Below are positions 35,710 through 40,939 of a stretch of DNA of 40,939 bases, one piece after another; position 1 is the stretch's first letter; every line of letters starts with the position of its first letter. This stretch comes from a virus. Lineage: Duplodnaviria; Caudoviricetes. Under the pieces are notes generated by a model. That model searched no databases, was not told the DNA's origin, and worked only from the letters and a program-made list of their open reading frames with translations. Location of the stretch: IMG/VR virus record IMGVR_UViG_3300038379_000537, positions 1 through 40,939 of that record; one strand, written 5' to 3'. The translations under genes and the position numbers were made by a program.

Positions 35710-36207
35710 CTATGCCACAGTAATGGCGGTCGTGCCCCAATCCGGCACGGTCCCACCGCTGACATGCGCGATCTTCGCGGAATATGTACCTGCTGCCGGA
35801 TCGACCGTGTAATCCGTTACGATCACGCAGTTATCCGCGCCGAACACCGGATCGCCCGTGGACCAGTCCGCCTGGATACCAATATAGATACCCATCGCCC
35901 GCGGCGTCAGGCCGCCATTGAGCGGCTCTAAAACCGTGTGCGATCCCGACAGATGCGAAGCCGCGGCCTGGCCGCTGGTGGAAGCCGCCTGCGCCGCGCG
36001 ATTGTCGAATGGCCCGCTGATCGACAAACTGAAATTCGCCTGTCCTGAGAAAAAATTCTTGACGGCCTCCTGAATTGCGGATACATCGACCTCATCATAG
36101 GTCAGGCCGACGCTTCCGAGCGCGGACACCGGAATATCACGCAGTACCCCGCCGCTATCCTCAATTTGAAACTTCACGTATTTTCCTACAGTTCTACCAG
36201 TTGCCAT
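35710..36207 (-). CDS. Major tail tube protein (probable)
   Basis: AAGGAG SD; beta-rich, DEVDVSA motif; upstream of the chaperones. Confidence 0.7.
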   Translation of the reverse strand: MATGRTVGKYVKFQIEDSGGVLRDIPVSALGSVGLTYDEVDVSAIQEAVKNFFSGQANFSLSISGPFDNRAAQAASTSGQAAASHLSGSHTVLEPLNGGLTPRAMGIYIGIQADWSTGDPVFGADNCVIVTDYTVDPAAGTYSAKIAHVSGGTVPDWGTTAITVA

Positions 36208-36219
36208 TTTAGTCTCCTT

Positions 36220-36981
36220 TTACAAATTGTTTCGGTGAAATGAAATCACAAATGTCACCGTGGTTGCCGTCCCGAGCGCGATTTGCCAGCGCACATATCT
36301 TTTGACAGTCGCCGTTTTTGCCAATGTTACAATCCCGTGCTTCGGGGTCGAGCAGTCTATCACGCCGGAGGTCAACAGGTCTGAAAAAGACCCATCCAGA
36401 TTGGTAGACGCGTCCTGCACCTTGATCGCCGCCGTCCCGTTCCCGGCGAATGCATGATACATCATCCATCCACCCTTTGTGGATTGCGCCGTTTGATCTA
36501 AGCCGGTCGCGGTATTTGCCGCTGTACGGGCCGCTTTCGAGTGCAGCAATACCCCCCAGGGCTTGGCATATTCATTGTTGCCGGAGGCCCCGCCCGATCC
36601 GCTGAACGGAATGGTAACATATACCATTTGATTATCCGGTTCGGCGGAATATCCGTTCTGCTGGAACGCCCCGGAAAAGACAGGATCGTTATCAGCCGGT
36701 GCCGCCTGGATACCGCAAGCCAGCATGATATTACGTTTCACGCCGGCGGATTTGGCGACCTCGTGCAGACCGGCGGTCGTGTTGTCGAAAAGCCCGTTCA
36801 GCGTCCCGAGCCCGATGTTGGCATTGCCGGCCAACATCCCTTTGACCGTCAGCGTAACCGCATCGTCAACCCCCTCCTCGAATGTGCAAACGAGCGGGCC
36901 AAAACTGCGGCTGTAACCGGATAGGTCATAACCGTCAACGTAGACCCGCCAGTCGATTAATCTATTCCGTCCGGTCGTCAT
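36220..36981 (-). CDS. Second tail-tube-like structural protein
   Basis: VYVDGYDLSG N-terminus; C-terminal KVQDAS..FSDL..RYVR beta domain. Confidence 0.6.
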   Translation of the reverse strand: MTTGRNRLIDWRVYVDGYDLSGYSRSFGPLVCTFEEGVDDAVTLTVKGMLAGNANIGLGTLNGLFDNTTAGLHEVAKSAGVKRNIMLACGIQAAPADNDPVFSGAFQQNGYSAEPDNQMVYVTIPFSGSGGASGNNEYAKPWGVLLHSKAARTAANTATGLDQTAQSTKGGWMMYHAFAGNGTAAIKVQDASTNLDGSFSDLLTSGVIDCSTPKHGIVTLAKTATVKRYVRWQIALGTATTVTFVISFHRNNL

Positions 36982-37159
36982 GGGTCCTTCTCCGTTTCTC
37001 CCGCTCAGCCTTTTCCACCCTGTCGGACAGGGTGGAGTTATCGTCCTGAATCCTGATCGCTATATCGTCTGCGATGAATTTCTGCGCGACTTCGTCCGGC
37101 AGATCATAGACCAAACCGGCAACAAAGCCTTCCACGGTGTGTGTGAATTTGATTTTCAA
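36962..37159 (-). CDS. Small structural hypothetical protein
   Basis: MKIKF..G.VYDLPDEVAQKFI..IA pattern common in head-tail modules. Confidence 0.65.
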   Translation of the reverse strand: MKIKFTHTVEGFVAGLVYDLPDEVAQKFIADDIAIRIQDDNSTLSDRVEKAEREKRRRTHDDRTE

Positions 37160-37611
37160 TTTTGCAACTCCTCGATCCGCAGAGCGATGTCTGCGCCAAA
37201 ATATGTATCGCCCTGTAAATCCTCCTTCGGCCCAATATCGACCGGTCCCAGGACCATGTTGATCCTGCCGCTGTACGGCGACGAAACCGCCAACATTGCA
37301 TTGATGATCAACACCAGCTTATCCACCAGGGCGGAATATGCGCTTGGAAAGGACGATATATCGCCCACGATGCTCCCGAGGTAGCGATAATTCAGCGTAT
37401 ACGATACGTTGATCGGCGCTTCCACCCCCTGTAACAGGCTTGCAAATTCGACCCCAAAATCCGTGATCCAATTTTCCGGGTTGGGAAACAGCACCCCGGG
37501 AGATGAAATCCATGTACCGACAATCTGATCCTTGTCCTTGACGGTTACGCCGCTTATCGAAATTGCGGCGATGGCATCAGCAATATAGGCGAGATACAAG
37601 GATACCGTCAC
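37156..37611 (-). CDS. Tail terminator / completion protein (probable)
   Basis: Size and position; C-terminal YFGADIALRIEE. Confidence 0.55.
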   Translation of the reverse strand: MTVSLYLAYIADAIAAISISGVTVKDKDQIVGTWISSPGVLFPNPENWITDFGVEFASLLQGVEAPINVSYTLNYRYLGSIVGDISSFPSAYSALVDKLVLIINAMLAVSSPYSGRINMVLGPVDIGPKEDLQGDTYFGADIALRIEELQN

Positions 37612-38453
37612 GAGAATACCCGCCGTTGATAGGTCTGGATGAACGCCTGAGCCATTGCAGGAATATCACGCGGCGAAATCACCACACCGGCAGCAGTCAC
37701 CCGCGCCTCGCCGGATACAGTCTGCCCGAACCTGCGACGATAGGCAGTATTGACAATCTCACAGACCGCATTCCTGGCCTCCTCCATCGGCTGCCATTGA
37801 TAGACCGTCGTATTGATCAAATGTTCGGCCGCGGTCGATCCGTTATCCCCGCGTTTAATCACGGTGACGGTGTTGGTTACCACCGAAGCAACCGGGAAAA
37901 GCTCGTTGTCTATCCGCAGCACGCGCCCGGCCGCCACCGAATGGCCGGCGGACATGGTAAAAGTCAGGGTCGTCAAATCACCGATCGCAGCTCCCAGAGT
38001 GCCGGCGGAAGCCCAGGCCAGGGATGAATATTTCGGGTGGTAGCCCTCGACCGCGTTGATGTCGATCACGGCCTCATACTGCCCGTCACTGTCCGGCTCC
38101 CAGATCAGTGTTGAGGTCTGTTTGATTCGCAGCGCCCACTTCGGGCTCTCGTCGTACGGCATCAGGTGATATTCCGTCGATGCGACACTGGTCCCATCCC
38201 CGTTCAGGATTGACAAAATCTCCAAAACATCAGTAAAGAACAGTATGATCCGTCCATCCGGCGCGTCATATTGCCTGGTCAGGATCGACGGATAAAACGC
38301 CCTGCCCGTTTTTGCGTCCAGGAATCGGGATGCCGCCTCGAGCAATTGCTCGATCACACCGTCATCGGTTGCATCCGTGGATGGCGTTCCCCCGCGTGCG
38401 GTAAAAAAGTTTTTGAATTCGGCAAGCGTCGCATAAACATTTCGCGTGGTCAT
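37608..38453 (-). CDS. Head-tail adaptor protein
   Basis: YATLAEFK..DDGVIEQLLEAASRFLDAKTGRAF motif; C-terminal IQTYQR. Confidence 0.8.
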   Translation of the reverse strand: MTTRNVYATLAEFKNFFTARGGTPSTDATDDGVIEQLLEAASRFLDAKTGRAFYPSILTRQYDAPDGRIILFFTDVLEILSILNGDGTSVASTEYHLMPYDESPKWALRIKQTSTLIWEPDSDGQYEAVIDINAVEGYHPKYSSLAWASAGTLGAAIGDLTTLTFTMSAGHSVAAGRVLRIDNELFPVASVVTNTVTVIKRGDNGSTAAEHLINTTVYQWQPMEEARNAVCEIVNTAYRRRFGQTVSGEARVTAAGVVISPRDIPAMAQAFIQTYQRRVFS

Positions 38454-39523
38454 CGAGCTGCCTCCATCAGAACCTTCCCGCCAGCCCGCGCCTTGTCGTC
38501 ATACAGGCGGATATATCGGATATTCTCCTGATACACGCCCAGGAGCACCCCGACCTCCTCGGACAACCTGCCGAAAGCGTCGATCAAAACAGATAATTGA
38601 CCGGCCGCGTTTTCATTGTTGGTCTGTCGCCACACGTTCCACACATACTCGACCTGGCCCAGGGCGGAATACATCGCGGCCCGTTTCACCTCGCCGTTTC
38701 TTTGTGCGCTTGCGGCGGAAAATTCAAAGCCGCCCCGGTCCGCGTACCTTTCCCCGAATTTTTCGTAACGTTCGGCCTCCGTCAAGGCACCGGCCGCTTC
38801 GCCGCACTTCATGATTGCTTCTTGATAGTCCGTACCGATCAGCCGCTTGACCGTATCGTAATCTTTTCCAGACAGTGCCCGTTCAATGGCCTTGCGGACG
38901 TTTTTCGCGTGTTTATTTGCCGCGTTCCATTCGGCATCCAACAACTGTATTCGCTCTGCGAAATATTCAACGCCAAAGGCATAATTTCCCTCGTAACCGT
39001 ACAGCGGCACATCAAACAGGTTGTTTTCGACGTGCAAAATTTCCGAGTCTACATTACCCGGCCCGAGATGTCCCATCAAAAAACCAAGCCAGAACGCGTA
39101 TCCCTTGGCCTGATATTCGTATTCAGTGGCGGATAACTCGATTCCGAATACGCGCACCTCTTGATATCCATCCAGGATGGCCAGCGCCGCCATGTAAGCG
39201 AAGGTCGTCGGGAACATTTTGACCCCGCACAACCGGATCGCGTCCTCAATCGGATAACGTACGCTGCTTGGAACGCGTGGATCGATCTCTTGCATGTAGA
39301 TCGGCTTATCGTGCCGCCGCTGCAACCACTGCCAATGATTCGCGTCCTTTGTGTTATGGCCGGAATAAATCTCGGGTTCGTGCATTTGAAATACCGCCGT
39401 CCAGCGGCGGCACCAAGCGGAGTTTCCCGCCTCGTTGAATACCCAGATGTCGAACGATGGATCATCGAACGGCGCGTTTCCGCGCGTCAACGGACCGGAT
39501 CCCACAATTGCAAGTTTTTTCAC
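38450..39523 (-). CDS. Hypothetical enzyme with Rossmann-like N-terminus (sialyltransferase/DUF115-like?) and helical C-terminus
   Basis: KKLAIVGSG..DIWVFN..TTFAYMAALAILDGYQEVRVFGIEL; GTG start at 39523 preferred because 39535-39565 is a hairpin. Confidence 0.55.
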   Translation of the reverse strand: MKKLAIVGSGPLTRGNAPFDDPSFDIWVFNEAGNSAWCRRWTAVFQMHEPEIYSGHNTKDANHWQWLQRRHDKPIYMQEIDPRVPSSVRYPIEDAIRLCGVKMFPTTFAYMAALAILDGYQEVRVFGIELSATEYEYQAKGYAFWLGFLMGHLGPGNVDSEILHVENNLFDVPLYGYEGNYAFGVEYFAERIQLLDAEWNAANKHAKNVRKAIERALSGKDYDTVKRLIGTDYQEAIMKCGEAAGALTEAERYEKFGERYADRGGFEFSAASAQRNGEVKRAAMYSALGQVEYVWNVWRQTNNENAAGQLSVLIDAFGRLSEEVGVLLGVYQENIRYIRLYDDKARAGGKVLMEAAR

Positions 39524-39533
39524 GGGATTTTTC

Positions 39534-39568
39534 CTGCCGGGAGGATTATCACACCCTCCCGGCAAAAA
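39534..39568 (-). terminator. Hairpin after the capsid and decoration genes (attenuator or stabiliser)
   Basis: TGCCGGGAGG..CCTCCCGGCA inverted repeat. Confidence 0.5.
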
Positions 39569-39583
39569 GTTGAGTCGATCAGA

Positions 39584-40081
39584 TTACGTAGCCGATTTGT
39601 GCGTGGTCTGCGGATAGGCCGGCTCCAGTACAGCTTCAGCTGCAACTAGAGTAGCCGTTCCGCCGGCGTCCGGGGTGATCACCACACGGACATGACTGGC
39701 ATCCGCCAGCGCCCCATCCAGGGCAGCCGGATCGATGTCGATCGCCAGGATTTTGTTGTCATCGGTGGTGGCAATCGATACACCGCTGGCGGTCGCCGAG
39801 GTGAGCGTCCCCCAGGTATTCGCGCCCACGGCACCGGAGAGACGGTATTTGAATGCGATCGCAACTTCCGAGCCGGAGGCCGCGGCAGTTGCCGCTTCCA
39901 CCGTGACGGTGATCGCCTGATCCGCCGAAGTGGCCGTAATGCTGCCGAAAAACACCTTGAAAACCGTGTGCAGGACATTCTTCATGCTAACAAACGGCGT
40001 CGCCGTGGCGGTCGAACCGATGTCCTGCGGCCCCAGGAGCGGGACCACATTTTCGCCGAACATGTATCGAGAATCTTTCAT
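39584..40081 (-). CDS. Capsid decoration / cement-like protein
   Basis: Directly after the major capsid gene; Ala/Thr-rich beta protein; AGGAG SD. Confidence 0.6.
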   Translation of the reverse strand: MKDSRYMFGENVVPLLGPQDIGSTATATPFVSMKNVLHTVFKVFFGSITATSADQAITVTVEAATAAASGSEVAIAFKYRLSGAVGANTWGTLTSATASGVSIATTDDNKILAIDIDPAALDGALADASHVRVVITPDAGGTATLVAAEAVLEPAYPQTTHKSAT

Positions 40082-40095
40082 GATGGTCTACTCCT

Positions 40096-40939
40096 TTACG
40101 TGGCTGAGCCAAGAACAACGTACGGGCTGTGCGTAGCCGTACCCTTATAGGGTGTCAAGGGCGAGGCGACCGATGACTTGCCGTCTGCGCGATAGATGAA
40201 CCGCAGCACTTCCTGATCGGTCAAAAATTCGACGTGCATTGAGGTGGCATAATCCACGCCGCCCTTTTCCCACAGCAGATACTGCGACATATCGGCCAGC
40301 ATGATATCGCCGGTTGTGTTCAGCGCCGCGTTGAACTCGGTTTCCACCACCGGACGGCCATACAGGGTTCGCACACCATCTGGGCGATACCCGGCGTACG
40401 GGAACAAAACCGCTGTGGAACCGACCGCAAAAAGCTTGTCGAGCTGCGGAGCGCATTCGCTGTTGACATACCACTTCGCGTTAGCCTTGGAACGCAGAAG
40501 AAGCCTCTGCCACATGGCGGAAATATCGGTTCCGAGAATCGCAGAACCGGTATCCCGGGTTACAGTGATCAACGCGCCGCTGTTCATCACACCCTGCGGC
40601 CCGGAAACACCCAGGCCGTTCATGATGTCGTCATTCAACATGAACGATATTTCCTCGCGGCACGCCTGCTGAACGATGGCATTGAACTGCGACGCATCCT
40701 TCAAGAGCTCATTGGTGTCGTACACCAGACAGCCATACTTTTTCAACTCCCATTGGATGCGCCGAAAAGCCGGCTTGCTTTTGGTCAAGGTATCGCCCTC
40801 AGCCAAACGATACCCGCGAATGCCGCCCCAACGCGAACCGGTGGCGCGCGAGGTCTCGTCGATGCCGTTGATCCAACCACTGTTGCTGTTGTTCCCGACC
40901 GGCAGTTTCTTCGCGTCGGCCGAGAATACACCCTCTTCG
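40096..40939 (-). CDS. Major capsid protein (HK97 fold), 3' part of the protease-capsid fusion
   Basis: AEG.., TNELLKDA, GLGVSGPQGV, TLYGRPVV, DIMLADMSQY, FLTDQEVLRFIYRADG motifs. Confidence 0.9.
   Translation of the reverse strand, partial: EEGVFSADAKKLPVGNNSNSGWINGIDETSRATGSRWGGIRGYRLAEGDTLTKSKPAFRRIQWELKKYGCLVYDTNELLKDASQFNAIVQQACREEISFMLNDDIMNGLGVSGPQGVMNSGALITVTRDTGSAILGTDISAMWQRLLLRSKANAKWYVNSECAPQLDKLFAVGSTAVLFPYAGYRPDGVRTLYGRPVVETEFNAALNTTGDIMLADMSQYLLWEKGGVDYATSMHVEFLTDQEVLRFIYRADGKSSVASPLTPYKGTATHSPYVVLGSAT
40819..40939. repeat. Terminal direct repeat / circular assembly overlap (copy 2)
   Basis: Matches 1-121. Confidence 0.95.

Overview
This window is an apparently complete, circularly permuted ~40.8-kb tailed-phage genome: positions 1-121 repeat at 40819-40939 with one synonymous mismatch. 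The gene set is siphovirus-like. The host is not shown by the sequence; a Gram-positive/Chloroflexota-type LexA box and the protein styles loosely suggest Chloroflexota (inference). The minus strand carries the packaging, head, tail and lysis genes: ParB-like, ABC-ATPase/GNAT, TerS, TerL, portal, a fused protease-capsid spanning the junction, tail genes, a GH25 endolysin and holins. It also carries a replication initiator with iterons and a DnaB helicase. The plus strand carries an early region punctuated by three covarying hairpin repeats, and a middle operon (ERF, SSB, LexA-like DNA-binding domain, RusA). The main discovery is two integron-like platforms inside the middle operon. Each starts with the same 24-bp attI-like motif (TGTACATTCYGTATAAACATAGTT) and continues as cassettes delimited by attC sites, yet the genome encodes no integrase. 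The first cassette of the second array is about 4.5 kb and holds a type IV-B-like Cas effector operon: Cas7/Csf2 with a Cas11-like N-terminus, Cas8/Csf1 and Cas5/Csf3. A B12-binding radical SAM enzyme is embedded where the usual CysH-like gene is missing. No CRISPR array, Cas6 or Cas1/2 is visible. All family assignments come from reading motifs by eye; no database searches were run.
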